DNA of 64,000 nt from Octopus bimaculoides (lineage: Eukaryota), in contig NC_068989.1 in assembly GCF_001194135.2 (NCBI RefSeq), forward strand, positions 19,253,644-19,317,643, written 5' to 3'. Positions 1-14,661 of the stretch are shown one piece after another. Under the pieces are notes generated by a model. The model made no database searches. It worked only from the letters and a program-made list of their open reading frames with translations, and was not told the DNA's origin. Position 1 is the first letter of the stretch, and each line of letters begins with the position of its first letter. Made by a program: the position numbers and the translations under genes.

Positions 1-54
<54 letters not shown>

Positions 55-316
55 CATTTATGCGTGTGTTTGTATCTGTTTGTCCCCACCACCATCACTT
101 AACAACCAATGTTGGTGTGTTTACATCCCTGCAACTTAGTTTGGCACAAGAGACTGATAGAATAAGCACCATGCTTACAAAGAATAAGTCCAGGGGTCGA
201 TTTCATTGACTAAAAGACAGTGCTCCAGCATGGCCACAGCCAAATGCCTGAAAGGAGTAAAACAATAAAAGAATGTGTGTGTCTGTGCACTCACTTATAT
301 ACATATATTTGACAAT

Positions 317-692
317 AGGTGCAGGAGTGACTGTGTGGTAGGTAGCTTGCTTACCAACCACATGGTTCTGGGTTCAGTCCCACTGCATGGCACCTTGGGC
401 AAGTGTCTTCTACTATAGCCTCAGTCCGACCAAAGCCTTGTGAGTGGATTTGGTAGACGGAAACTGAAAGAAGCCCGTCGTGTGTTTGTGTGTCTGTGTT
501 TGTCCCCCCCCCCCACCATTGCTTGACAATCAATCCTGGTATGTTTACGTCCCCGTAACTTAGCAGTTTGGCAAAAGAGACCGATAGAAGAAGTACTAGG
601 CTTACAAAGAATAAGTCATGGGGTCGATTTGCTCGACTAAAGGTGGTGCTCCAGCATGGCCGCAGTCAAATGACTGAAAGAAGTAAAAGAGA
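317..692 (+). mobile_element. tRNA-derived SINE family A; a 3' half copy lies at about 55-272
   Basis: The head GGxGCAGGAGTGxCTGTGTGG...GGTTCAGTCCC has A/B-box-like motifs. It has an accttgggcaag core, an internal (TG)n and an (AAGAGT)-type tail. Confidence 0.85.
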
Positions 693-1202
693 AATATATA
701 TGTGTGTGTGTCTTGCATGCTAGTTCTAGCTTCTATATTCTCATTACTCTAAATTTCCTCAACATCTTTTTATTGAATGCTCTTTTGTGAAATATAACAT
801 GGATGCAAACTCCATAGGAATTTGTGTTACACTCCAGGAATATACACAGAGGCATAACAGAGAAATGTTTTGATAGGAAGTATGCAAAGAGAAATGTGTG
901 TGTGTGTGTGTGTTCTTTTGTCTTTGTGTCAGTGTAGAAGTATTAGGTGGGGCAGGAGTCCCATTTAGGAATATTAAGGACTTCAAGGTACATTAGGCAC
1001 AAGTATCAAAAGACAAGCAAATTCCAATAGTTTTACAATCTCTTTTCTCCTTAAGGTTCATTGTCAGTTGATGACCTTCTGACCTTTACACCTCTGTGGT
1101 AGGCCAGAGTTCAATATTAAATAGCATTTTTTTTTTCCCTATTGGTGCTACTGTTGTACCCACCACCACTGCTTTCACTACTGCTGGGCTACTGTGGCTG
1201 CT

Positions 1203-1360
1203 ATTGCTGCTTCTTCTTCTTCTTCTTCTTCTTCTTCTACCACCACCACCACCACCACTACTACTACTACTACCACTACTACTACCACCACCACCACCAC
1301 CAATACCACACCACCACCACCACCACCACTACTACTACTACCACCACCACCACCACCACT
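1203..1360. repeat. Compound trinucleotide microsatellite (CTT/CCA/CTA)
   Basis: Directly visible. It explains the poly-L/P/H/Y/T ORFs at 1096-1474. Confidence 0.95.
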
Positions 1361-1990
1361 GTGTTGCTGACAACTGGTTAGCCACATTCCATTATGTTGG
1401 GAATGGTGAAAGAACTTTGAAGTAGGATCTGATTTGTTGTTGTTGTTCTTCTTCAGCCCCTGGTCATGCTTCATTGAGATCTATAAGCAATGATATTCAT
1501 TCCAATTATGACCATCCTGTCCTTGTAAAGGAATGGTATGTAGAAAAACAATGAAAGAAGGTATCAACACCATCACCATTATTATCACTTAGCTCCCCAT
1601 CTTTCAGACATATTATCTCATCATCTTCTTTCAGTTTCTGTCAACCAAATCCTCTCATAAAGCTTTGGTTGGTTCCTGCCATTCAAGAAGACACTTGCCA
1701 AAGCTGCCATGCAGTGAGACTGAACCCAAAACCATGTGGTTGGGATGCAAACTTCTAAACCACACATCCATACTCATGCCTTTTATCTTTTACTGGCTTC
1801 TGTCATTAGACTGTGGCCATGCTGGGGCACCACCTTGAAGAATTTTAGTTGTACAAATCAACGCCAGTGCTTATTTTCTTTTTAAGCCTGGTACTTATTC
1901 TATCAGTCATTTTTGATGAATCGCTAAGTTACAGGAGTGTAAACACACCAACACTGGTTGTCAAATAGTGGTAGGGGACAAACACAGACT

Positions 1991-2022
<32 letters not shown>

Positions 2023-2688
2023 ACTCAACAAGCTTCTTACAATTTCTGTCTCCACCCACAAAACTTTGGATGGTCCAAGACTATAGTAGAAGACTCTTGC
2101 TCAATGTGCTACACTGTGGGATTGAACCCAGGACCATGTGGTTGGAAAGCAAATTTCTAAACCACACAGCTACACTTGTGCCTATATCATCATCATCAAT
2201 ATATTTATTTGTAACAGTGTTTCATTGTTATAGAAATTCATCTTCTCCAGATTTCCTTCCTCTTGGCTTAACATATTCGTTGTCATTGATTACTGAAGCT
2301 ACATAACGATTAAGAGTCTATAGCACATTAGGATGTCAGTCAAAAGTTTAGGCTGTTATCCAGGGATCTATTTCTTGGGATGTGCTGTGCTTCCATTTTC
2401 ATCAATAGTTATAAACGTTTTTTTCTTTTTTTTTGTGTGCCAATGTTTAAGACATTGTCTATACTTAAAACTGGTTTCAAATTTTGGTGCAAGACCAATA
2501 AGTTCCTAGGTGGGGCTTAGTAGATTGAATCAACCCCAATATTCAACTAGTGCTATTTTACTGACCCTGAAAGGATAAAGACAAACTCAGCAAGCATTCA
2601 GATTATTCTCAAATGTAATGCTTATTTATTCCCATTGTTTTGAACTAATCATGGATTATCTCATAGAATCAAGACCTGTATGATGTGA

Positions 2689-2784
<96 letters not shown>

Positions 2785-3037
2785 TTTCTCTTTTTACTTG
2801 TTTCAGTCATTTGACTGCAGCCATGCTGGAGCACCACCTTTAGTCGAGCAAATCGACCCCAGGACTTATTCTTTGTAAGCCTAGTACTTATTCTATCGGT
2901 CTCTTTTGCCAAACCACTAAGTTACAGGGACGTAAACACACCACCATCGGTTGTCAAGTGCTGTTGGGGGGACAAACACAAACATATACACACACATACA
3001 TATATATATACATATATACGACGAGCTTTAATAATGA

Positions 3038-4631
3038 CTAGCAGAAATACCCGGCGTTGCCCGGGTTAAAGAGAATAATGAAATCTAAAAACGCCGTCTA
3101 GACTACGCATCATCTTTATATATAGAGATGTATATACACACACGCACCCAAACACACGTATATATATATATATATCAATATAAATATATGAAAGTCAATG
3201 AAGTTTCGTAAAAGAAGGTGATCATGTACATACTTTCTTGCTGTTGTGATTATAACACCTCATTGTAAACTATGTTCCTTGTTTTCCCTTGTGGAGCATA
3301 TACAAATAGGTTTTTTGTTGCTGCCCACTCTTGAGCAGCCAACATACAGTTGTCCATGTGAGAAGCAGGGCTCTTCCAAGAGAAGNNNNNNNNNNNNNNN
3401 NNNNNNNNNNNNNNNNNNNNNNNNNNNNNNNNNNNNNNNNNNNNNNNNNNNNNNNNNNNNNNNNNNNNNNNNNNNNNNNNNNNNNNNNNNNNNNNNNNNN
3501 NNNNNNNNNNNNNNNNNNNNNNNNNNNNNNNNNNNNNNNNNNNNNNNNNNNNNNNNNNNNNNNNNNNNNNNNNNNNNNNNNNNNNNNNNNNNNNNNNNNN
3601 NNNNNNNNNNNNNNNNNNNNNNNNNNNNNNNNNNNNNNNNNNNNNNNNNNNNNNNNNNNNNNNNNNNNNNNNNNNNNNNNNNNNNNNNNNNNNNNNNNNN
3701 NNNNNNNNNNNNNNNNNNNNNNNNNNNNNNNNNNNNNNNNNNNNNNNNNNNNNNNNNNNNNNNNNNNNNNNNNNNNNNNNNNNNNNNNNNNNNNNNNNNN
3801 NNNNNNNNNNNNNNNNNNNNNNNNNNNNNNNNNNNNNNNNNNNNNNNNNNNNNNNNNNNNNNNNNNNNNNNNNNNNNNNNNNNNNNNNNNNNNNNNNNNN
3901 NNNNNNNNNNNNNNNNNNNNNNNNNNNNNNNNNNNNNNNNNNNNNNNNNNNNNNNNNNNNNNNNNNNNNNNNNNNNNNNNNNNNNNNNNNNNNNNNNNNN
4001 NNNNNNNNNNNNNNNNNNNNNNNNNNNNNNNNNNNNNNNNNNNNNNNNNNNNNNNNNNNNNNNNNNNNNNNNNNNNNNNNNNNNNNNNNNNNNNNNNNNN
4101 NNNNNNNNNNNNNNNNNNNNNNNNNNNNNNNNNNNNNNNNNNNNNNNNNNNNNNNNNNNNNNNNNNNNNNNNNNNNNNNNNNNNNNNNNNNNNNNNNNNN
4201 NNNNNNNNNNNNNNNNNNNNNNNNNNNNNNNNNNNNNNNNNNNNNNNNNNNNNNNNNNNNNNNNNNNNNNNNNNCTGTCTCTCTCTTTCTCTCTTTCTCT
4301 CTTTCTCTCTCTCTGAAAGTATCTGTCACTACAGTATCGAAATGTGATTGTTTCAGTTAGTGGAATAGTTTCATTTTTAAAGTGAAAGTATTTGACATGA
4401 GTGTTTTTGTTTCACTTTTGACACGTAATACTTAAATAGTGGAGGAGATATTATGTTGCCGTGTGCTCGAACTCTGCAAGAAGTTAATAATTTTTGACTA
4501 AAACACAACTGGAACCCTAAGTAAGGCATGTGTAAAATTTGAATGGAATTGGTTGCGTAGTTCTCGAGTTTTAGGGATTCACACAGACAGACAGACAGAC
4601 AGACACACATTCTCATTTTTATATATATAGA
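3038..4631 (-). mobile_element. Helitron with both termini; non-autonomous or decayed; contains an 888-nt gap
   Basis: On the minus strand the 5' end is A|TCTATATATATAAAAATGAGAATGTGTGTCTG at 4631. The 3' end has the hairpin ACCCGG-GCAACG-CCGGGT (3049-3066) followed by ATTTCTG-CTAG|T at 3038. Insertion is between A and T with no TSD. Confidence 0.88.
3250..3385 (-). pseudogene. Frameshifted C-terminus of Helitron RepHel (PIF1-type) helicase
   Basis: Reads LLLEEPCFSHGQLYVGCSRVGSNK, then a +1 A frameshift, then NLFVYAPQGKTRNIVYNEVL*. This contains the Helitron helicase motif FSHGQLYVAxSRV. Confidence 0.88.
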
Positions 4632-4848
4632 TAATAACAATAATCCTTTCTACTATAGGCACAAGGGCTAAAATTTGGGGGAATGTGGTTACTTGATTAC
4701 ATCATCCCAAATGCTCGACCAGTACTTATTTTATCAACCCTGAATGGGTGAAAGGCAAGGTTGACCCCTGTGGAATTTGAACTCAGATTGTAAAGGGTGA
4801 TGAAATTCTGACAAGCATTTTGTCCAGTGTGCTATTCTACCATGCCCT

Positions 4849-4893
<45 letters not shown>

Positions 4894-5591
4894 GTAATCC
4901 TTTCTACTATAGGCACAAGGCCTGAAATTTAGAGGGAGGGGGTAAGTCAATTTCATCGACCCCAGTGTTTCACTGGTACTTATTTAATTGACCTTAAAAA
5001 GATGAAAGGCAAAGTCTACCTCAACAGAATTTGAGCCTACCCTGTAAAGACGGACAAAATGCTGCTAAGCATTTTGCCAGCTTGCTGCCTTAATAATAAT
5101 AATAATAATAATAATAATCTTTTCTAATACAGGCACAAAGCCTGAAACTTTGAGAGAGAGGGCTAGTTGATTACATTACCCTAGTGTTCAACTGAGTAAT
5201 TTATTATTTTATTGAGCCCAAAAGGATGAAAAACAACAACAATAACAATAATTATATATTATGGGTGTCACATAGTGAATAAGATGTTATAGTGCTGAAA
5301 TGAGACATCATTGTTCCATACAAAAAAATCAGTTCTGAAAACTAGGACCTGACCCACATTTTTCCTGTTTGTTCTTTGATTCTGGTAGTTCTGGTTTCCT
5401 CCTGAAATTATTAAAAACTTATTCTATCCTCTTTTGATAAAAGAATAAAAGAAATACAAATATATATTGAAAGACTAAAGAATAACATTATTAATCTCAA
5501 CCTTTATATATATTTNNNNNNNNNNNNNNNNNNNNNNNNNNNNNNNNNNNNNNNNNNNNNNNNNNNNNNNNNNNNNNNNNNNNNNNNNNNN

Positions 5592-5627
<36 letters not shown>

Positions 5628-5883
5628 TCTGTGTATATATGTGTGTGTGTGTGTAGTGTCATGTGAAATATGGAATGTATACACACCTACACATTATGAA
5701 ATGTCAAATTTCTCTTTTTAGGCGTGGGGATGTGTGTATACACACACACACATTTATATACAAATATATATACATATGTCTATATTATACACACACACAC
5801 ACATCTATGTGTATATACATGTGTGTGCGTGTGTATATAGACAATACATGCAGATGTGTATTTGTATGTGGGTACACACAAAC

Positions 5884-5951
<68 letters not shown>

Positions 5952-6337
5952 ACACACGATACACCTGACATTATCAAATAAGTAGGCACATAGTTTCAGA
6001 AACACAAAAGCACACAAATACATGAAGAAATGCAAATGTGGTTCACCTTTTATAAGGAACATAGAATATTCTCTTACTACAATATCATTGTTGTGGTCAT
6101 GATCATTATGAACATCATTATTACTACTATATTTATTACCATTAAAAGTGTCAGATGGCAAAATCTGAAGATTACTGGATCAATGTTTCTATATTTAGTG
6201 GTGTCCCTTTATATTTTCAGTTTAAATCTTGCTGATTGACTTGGCCTTTCATTCTTTCACAGCTGATAATAACAGAAATTGCTTACTGCTGACATTGATT
6301 TGATAGATGTTTTCCCATTTGACTATTCCCATGTTAA

Positions 6338-6552
6338 AGTGATGGCTGGTTGCCAACTTAATGTGGCAGTCCCAGGAAAGGGAAGAATGTTACTGTTATT
6401 TAGCCTCAAGAAACACTGTTTGTAGTTGGTTACACGACACAAGCGTTCTGTGTCCTTAAGTTTTCAGACGGGGGGTGGGGGGGTTGCACCAGCCAACTAG
6501 AAACAGTCCCTTTCCTGGGACTGCCACATTAAACTGGCAAGAAGCCATCACT
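6338..6552. mobile_element. 215-bp MITE, Kolobok-like ends
   Basis: ~47-bp TIRs AGTGATGGCT..TTGCCA..TTAATGTGGCAGTCCCAGGAAAGGGA with 4 mismatches. It is flanked by TTAA (6334-6337) and TTAT (6553-6556). A TTAA target with RR termini fits Kolobok. Confidence 0.6.
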
Positions 6553-6861
6553 TTATCGTACTGTTACTGTATAACTCTCTCTGAGAGATTTAGAAATGTA
6601 ATATTCACATGTCTTGTGGAAATGAAAGAAATCATTATTACAAATCATTGTCATCATCTTTTAACCTCCACTTTCCTTGCTGGCATGGGTTGGACAGTTT
6701 GACTGAGGACTGGCAAACCAGGAGGCTGCACCAGGCTCCAATCTGATCTGGCATGGTCTCTACAGCTGGATGCCCTTCCTAACACCAACCATTTTGAGAG
6801 TGTAGTGGGTGCTTTTTACGTGCCATCAGATGGGCACCAATGATAGTAGTAGTAGTAGTAT

Positions 6862-6944
<83 letters not shown>

Positions 6945-8334
6945 GGGCTGGTGTCATGTAAAAACTACTTGTGCTGGTGCCACATAAAAGCAACCATGTA
7001 AAAGTACTTCTGCTGGCGACGTGTAAAATCACCCATATCTGGTGTCATGTAAAAGTGCCTATTCTGGAGCCACATAAAACTACCTGTGCCAGTGCCTTGT
7101 AAGAGCACCCATGCTGATGCTGCGTGAAAAGCATCCAGTACTTTCTATGAAGTGACTGGTGTTAGGAAGGGCATCCAGGATACTTGGAGCCTGAGCAGCT
7201 CCCCAGCTGACCAGCTTCTGTTTGACCATCAAACCCATACCAGTCTGGAGAGTGGATGTGAAATGACGATGATGGTGATTCAAATTTTGGCACAAAGCCA
7301 GCAAGTTTGGGGTGAAGGGGTCAGTCAGTTGCATTAACTTCAGTTCTCAACTGGTATTTATTTTACCCATTCTGAAATGATGAAAAGTAAAGATGACCTA
7401 AGTGGGCTTTGAACTCAGGATGTAAAAAATGCCAGAGAAAAATAAAAAATACTGCAAGTGAAATTTTTTACAAATTGAAATTTTCAGGAAAATTTTCTTT
7501 CTGAAATTCCTTTTATTATTGAATATTTCAAGTTCACAAATTTAGATATTTGGTACAAGATAGTTTTTAATGAGTTTTTATTTATAAGATTTTTTTCCAT
7601 TTCATGTTTATTTCATTCATTGTTTGTTCTCTCTCCCTCTCTCACACACACACATGCATTGTCTCTCTAATATAAACACACACACACACTCACACACACA
7701 TACACACACACACACACACACACTTCAGCAATAATTACATATTATATTGGATAACTTATAAAAACCTTCTGAAGCTTCAAACTCACTTGACTTTTTTCCA
7801 TCATTATCTAAGAATTATCAAGTGAATTTGTTGCTATGGCTATTTAATATAGGTATTAAAATATCTCTATGTGATCGCTGCTATTTTTTTTGCATGCTAA
7901 ATGTAGCTGGACTAACTTGATGTTTCTTTAAAAAAGAGAGATTATGACTGTGATTAAATAATGAAAGCAATATTTACTAAGCAAATGAGCACTAACATAC
8001 AAAGATATAATTAGACACAAAATATAAAAATTATTAGAATTGGGAATCAAAATGTGAAAACATTAAGTGGCTAGCAGAAAACCACCCAGAGGGTGGTCTT
8101 TCTGCTAGTTTATTTAATGTAGCTCATCTATGAATCATATTTAATTTATATACACTGTCAATAGGCCATTTACTGCAGTATTTATCCCGAGATAACAGCT
8201 ATTATGGATTTGGTGTGTGAAAAATACAATAAATATAGGAGAGAGAGAGAGAGAGAAAAGAAAATTCATTCCACTAGTGACCAGTGAGAGTACTAGGTAC
8301 ATTTTAGCCTTTTTGGGCCTTCCCAATGGCACGA

Positions 8335-8570
8335 ATGAGAAATGAATGTTTGTCTCTTGACATTGTATGATAGTTGTAAATGAGTGTCACTGTTATTCAA
8401 GCAGTGTAATTCATTTCCAATATTCTGTGAAAACATACCTGGCCAAGGAAAATTATTACCTTGTTTGGAAGGAGGCAAGGGTTGGTGACAGGAAGAGCAT
8501 CCAGCCATAGAAAATCTACTTCATTAAATGGCATCCAATCCGTGCAATGATGGTGATGATGATGATGACA
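8335..8570 (+). mobile_element. RTE-tailed non-autonomous repeat; related copies at about 15470-15660(-), 23010-23230(-) and 45080-45345(+)
   Basis: Shares catttcca..atattacc.tgcttggaaaca..ggttggtgacaggaag..catccagc..tagaaaat and a (GAT)n tail. Confidence 0.6.
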
Positions 8571-9877
8571 TAAGGAATTACAAAGAGATAGAAAGAAATA
8601 AAAATCACAAAATAGTTTAAATAATCTATCATTTATTAGGCACAAAATGTAACATGAAAAACATCTATGCTTCTCATGTAGACATGGATGAGAAACCACT
8701 GGCTAGGCTGAGTTAGAGTACCCTGCATCTCTACCCACCTGTGGCTGCTTGTATTGCAGCCTCATGTACTCAAAAGTATTTGTTAATTTTTTTAGCAACT
8801 TGGAATAGATCACAACCCAGGTCATCAGGTTACGTCAGTTGTTTCAGTTTCTTGTACTGTTTTTCTATTATTTTACCAGCATCCTGTCCTTTGAGCATCT
8901 TCTATATTCTAATCTCAACTGCATTTTAGTAAACAATACATCCCTACCAAATCTCCTGACACTACGAATGTGTCATCATCCACTTCATTGATGTCTTCAT
9001 TATTGATCTGAGAAGGTACTTCGCTGTTTCAAGGAAGATATCCACCCCTTTTTTTCTTGTTATTTTTTCTTGGTGTTCACCTTCCCATTTTCGTTTTTAT
9101 CATTTTGCTTGCCTCCCAACAATTTGGAAACTTTCATCTGCAAATGTCATCTTTCTTTTATTGCAACTTCATGGTGTGGTGTTCCTGGTTGTTACAATTG
9201 AGATCTGGGATATGCCTGTCCACTTGTTTCTTAGACCAAGATCCCTTTTTTCACCATTTCCAAAGCTATAGCTGATGGTGCTCTGGAAACTGAGGCCTAG
9301 TATTCTTCTTGTTGCTTTGGCTGCTCCTTTCCACTTTTCACTTTTTCAGGATAAAATCCCTCAAAGGACTACTGCATGTATAACTAAGCCTTTTATTCTG
9401 CATCATCATCCTCATGGGATATAATATAGCCTTGTGGATTTTAGGGGTTATCCAAGACATACAAATCCACCCTAACCCATTTCAAACACGTGTCATCTCT
9501 CAACATCCCTGTGCTAACCACCTGCCCATACTATCAGCTCATCACAAAATGGTTAAGTTGGTAGAGTGGGATTTGAGAGAGAATTGGCTGTTATTTCTAG
9601 TGAGTCAAGTTTTTGTATAGAGGTTCACTACTGAGCAAGTTGAGTAACTGTGTAGACATTCAGTTGATGGCTCTCACAAGTGGTGGTGGTGGTAGGAATT
9701 GTAACAATGCACTGACAGTGGTGGTAGTAGTAGTGGTAATAGTGTCTAAGTACTTGGCCTGGGTCATTTATATCTATCAATAAAAATCTAAAAGCTTTAT
9801 TTGTCTTAGTAAATATTCCATAGCCTCCAGGTACCCCAATCCCACCATCTCGTCTAGAAACTTAAAAAATGTATAAC

Positions 9878-9920
<43 letters not shown>

Positions 9921-11899
9921 CAGCTACAGTCATATATCATCATCATCATCATCATCACAATAATAATAATAATAATAATAATAATGGTCATAATAACAAT
10001 GACAGCACCAGGTTAATAATGTCCAACACACATCCATTACAACATCTATCCAAATCATGTCTGCAAGTTAAGGTCATCGTACACACTTACACACACTTGC
10101 ATTTAAGCACATACATGCAAGTATGCACATGCTTACATATATGCACACACACACACACTTGTCTTTGTCTATATGGTAGACAATAAATTTACAACCATTA
10201 ATAACTTGAAAGCTTAGCAACTTGTTGTTATTTTACTAAAGGACACTTAATAATGTAAACTGATGTATTTATGAGCAACAAGCTTATGAGACAGATATAG
10301 ATATGTAACATAAATAACAGAAGATAAAAAATTAAGTGAATTGCTGTATATGATTCTTCTGCAGTCTCCCTTCCTCCTCAGACTCCAGTTTTCATTACCT
10401 GTCTAGGTTAGAATAGTGCCAGTTTGTTCAGTTACCTCGCATTGAAACCATTAAAGAAGCCCCCCCACCCCACCCTGTCTAGTTGTTCAGTATAACTCCT
10501 TAAATTGTCAATAGACTTGAAAGCTGACTTTGATTACCAAGATAGTGACAGCATTCAGCTGTTGCCATTTGAAAACTCTTGAAATGATTAGAAGCTTCAA
10601 AGTGAGTTAAATTTCCCCAATATCTGTTTGGTCATAATGAGGTACTACCAAAGATTTTTGTTTCTGTGGCAGGATCCATACCTCTCCAAAGTGACTCTCA
10701 CTTCCTGTAGAAATCATTTTTTCTCCAAGTCAGCCTAAAAAACCTCAATATCCTTCAGATTATGCTCAATTTATGGATTTGACCTGTTTCTGTCCTACTG
10801 TCCATGCTCTTGCCTCTCAACACCTGGCATAAGTCACCACCCTCTCAATCAAGGGTCCTTGTCTTGCAAGCTGCTTGGTGATCACACTATTGCTGCTGAC
10901 ATGAAAAAGCACCCAGTACACTCTGTAAAGTGGTTGGCATTAGGAAAAGCATCAAACCATAGAAACCATGCCAAAACTGACATTAGAGCTTGGCACAGTT
11001 CTCTGTCCTGTCCAATCCTGTCAAACCTTCCAGTCCTCACCAGGATGAAATACAGATGCTAAGTGATAATGATTATGATGATATGATTTAGCAAAATATA
11101 CTTTAGTTGCAGTTTGGAACTAACTTATATCTCTCATGTACCTATTTTGAGGTAGAATGACTAGATGCTTGAATATTATACATTGTTTTCACTTCTTATA
11201 CAGTATTAGTATTGTAAAATGTAAACCAGTAACATATCAATTCAGTCACATCTGATTCTTAAGTGTCACCAACCAAATCTTGTACAAATCTGTATCAGTC
11301 TTAGAGTATCTTACCATATGTCACAAAATCTATTCTGTAAACTTCTGGGAGGCATCTAAGGAAGTTCAGTAAGCAAACTGATATAATCTAACTTCACAAC
11401 TAAACTTTTTTTTCTTTTACTTGTTTCAGTCATTTAACTGCTGCTGTACTGGGGTACAAACTTGAAGAATTTTTAGTCAAATGAATTACCCCCAGTACTT
11501 ATTTTTAAAAAATCTGGTACTTATTCTATCGGTCACTTTTGCCAAACCACTAAGTTACAGGGTTGTGAACACAACACTGGTTGTCAGTTGGTGATAGGAG
11601 ATAAACACAGACTGAAAAACACACACACACACACATACAATCGGCTTCTTTCAGTTTCTGTCTACCAAATCCACTCACAAGACTTTGATTAACCAGAGGC
11701 TACAGTAGAAAACACTTTCCCAAGGTGCCAATCAGTGGGACTGAATCCAGAACCATGTGGTTGGTAAGCAAACTTCTTACCACACAACCATGCCCACAAT
11801 CTTTCTTATTAATTCCACCAATTTTACCCACGTACTCTTTTCTAAAAGCTGTAGACAATGTCTTGTCTGAAGCACACAAGCATACAAAGGTCAAGTGTT

Positions 11900-12665
11900 G
11901 CTTTTGTTACCATATTTCTGTTAAAATGCATTGCTTTTGTTTCAATTAATTTTGCAAATGATGAAGGGTTTAGTAAAATGGCTTTGTTATTATTAATCTG
12001 GTGTTTAGAACATAAATTATCTTGAAGTTTTGATGCAAGTGATTCAGATTACTTTGAGCCATTTGATACCAATCTGGTTGAAACAGTCCCTGGTCCAGTG
12101 ATACAAACTGACTGTTTTAAAATGAGCTAAACTAAAGCTTTCCATTAGAATTCTATCATAATTTGTGATCTTCTAAACACGGTTATTTTAATTGTTGTTG
12201 GCACTCCGTCGCTTACGACGTCGAGGGTTCCAGTTGATCCGATCAACGGAACAGCCTGCTCGTGAAATTAATGTGCAAGTGGTTGAGCACTCCACAGACA
12301 CGTGTACCCTTAACATAGTTCTTGGGGATATTCAGCGTGACACAGTGTGACAAGGCTGACCCATTGAATCACAGGCACAACAGAAACAGGAAGTAAGAGT
12401 GAGAGAAAGTTGTGGTGAAAGAGTACAGCAGGGTTCGCCACCATCCCCTGCCGGAGCCTAGTGGAGCTTTTAGGTGTTTTCGCTCAATAAACACTCAAAA
12501 TGCCTGGGCTGGGAATCAAAACCATGATCTTATGACTGCGAGACCGCTGCCCTAACCACTGGGCCATTGCGCCTCCACTAAGGTTATTTTAATAAATTCT
12601 TTATTATTTTCAAAACTAATTGAAATAAAAACTATATTTCAAAAGAAATATGACAAACGGGTAAA
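11900..12665. mobile_element. Old foldback MITE interrupted by a SINE (12193-12581)
   Basis: Diverged inverted arms (catatttct.tt.aaat, tttcaatta.ttttg.aaat, gtgtttagaa) lie on either side once the SINE is removed. Confidence 0.45.
12193..12581 (-). mobile_element. SINE family C; an older relative lies at about 13240-13545(+)
   Basis: Reverse complement of family C, with TSD GGTTATTTTAAT (12181-12192 and 12582-12593). Confidence 0.9.
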
Positions 12666-14608
12666 AACAGGAAAATTGCATCATAGAATCGGGGAAGTCT
12701 CTCACACAGGTTGACATCAACTAGCTTCTAGTGAAGTTCCAAAAGATGTTAATTCACCTTCCAGAATTCCTTTGCTTTCTGTCTCATTATTAAAACTCTT
12801 AGTTTATCTAGCATGACATCATTCTATTTGCTAATCTGAAAGACACACCCCAAGGTGGGTGGCAGGACTTATATATGCGTCACTAATACTGCACTAAAAC
12901 AATAAACCAAATAATACTTCTTAAGTACTAACAATTATATGCACCACAAATGAACCCAACTGAAGTGTAGAATGGGCCTTACCTAATGCAACCAAATCAG
13001 AAAGCATACATTGCTTAATGTTGAACAGATGAGAAAGGAGTGCTCAGTACATGTAGAGGATATATATTTTTAAAAAAAACTGAACTTAAGAGTTTGTCTT
13101 GCAAATGAGCTCATGTCACTGTGATTGTATGTGTGTCTTTGAAATAATTAGAAGAATTAAAATGACACCCACTTGACATCTAGTGTTGGTTTGTTTATGT
13201 TCCCAAAACTAATTAGTTCAGATAAAAGACCAATGCGAAGGCACATGGCCTAGTGATTAGAGCAGCAGACTCACAGTTGAGGGCTCGTGGGTTTGAACCT
13301 CAGACCGAGTGATGCGTGTGTTTATGAGCAAAACACCTAAGCTCCATGCAGCTCTGGCAGAAGGTAATGGCAAACTTCTGCTGACTCTTTCACCACAACT
13401 TTCTCTCACTCTTTCCTCTTGCCTTGAGCAGCTCACCTGTGACAGACCAGCGTCTTGTCCAGGTGGAGGAACCTATATGCCAATGAAACCAGGAAACTAG
13501 CCCTTATGAGCCAGGCATAGCTCAAGAAGGAACAAACAACAACAAGAACATAAATGACCAATAGAATAAATACCAGACTTAAAGAAAAAAAAAACAGCAT
13601 AAGTACTAAGGTAAATTGGTTTTGTTAAAACCCTTCAAGGGAATGCTCAAACATGGCTATAATCTAACGAATGAAAGAAATAAAAAACAAATTGGGAACA
13701 TTATTGGTTATAACAGAATCCAAGATGTACAATGTCCATTCCTTAGAAAGGTTAATGAGTTCATTATAGGTGTGAGGGCAAAAAATAACTGGGCATATAA
13801 TTTGATAGCCAATCAATGTAAGAAGAGCAAACATATGTGCTAACTGAAGAAATGTTGTGTTGGCAGTGGAGGTTATCTGAAGTGGGGAAAAGAAAATCGA
13901 GAGAGATCTTAGAAGAAGCAGGGTGAGAATAATTATTTCTAAGATAAGATACAAGACCTCAAATTTGGGGCAAGGGGAGGTAAATACGGTTGAATATATC
14001 AACCCCAGTGTATGACTGGTACTTTAGTTTATTGACTCTGGAAGGATTAAAAGCAAAAAATTAATTTTGTCAAGATTTATATCTTAGATTACTAAATCCC
14101 ACACACCAGATAATGTTGTGTTGCAAACATATGCAACCCACACTTTTATAAAAGAACAGATGTTAAAACAATGACGATGATAATGATTTCACCATGTTTT
14201 TTTTGGGGGGGGGGGAGCTTAGTATGTCAAACAATAGTAAAAAATCTCTTTACTACATACTTGATACTTCTTAGATTTAAGTTAACTTAGCAAATTTCCA
14301 ACTTAGTAGACTGCCTAGCCCTCTTTCTCCTTGAAAGTTTATTAAATTACTGACTAATTTCGACTCAAGTTACCCAAGAAAGAACCTGTCCATTTTAAAA
14401 TGTATTTTTATGTCAGTGTGTATGTGTCTGCATGTGTGTGTGTATATATGTGTGTTGTACATGCCTGTGTGTACGCATACACACGTGCGCGCGCACAGAA
14501 TGCAACTAACTTTAATGCTTGCTTACTCTTTTTGTATTCTATTATTTTTTAATCATACCTTTCTCTTTTTGCTGTCTGCAGCAATTAAATAAATGAACGT
14601 TGTTGTTG

Positions 14609-14661
<53 letters not shown>

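Noticed and set aside
1008-1060. DKQIPIV resembling the TRIT1 KIPIVVGGT motif
   Set aside because: It continues LQSLFSLR with no GGTxYY and has no suitable splice sites; chance match.
1096-1474. Overlapping ORFs with poly-L/P/H/Y/T/V runs
   Set aside because: They are translations of a compound trinucleotide microsatellite, open in several frames and on both strands.
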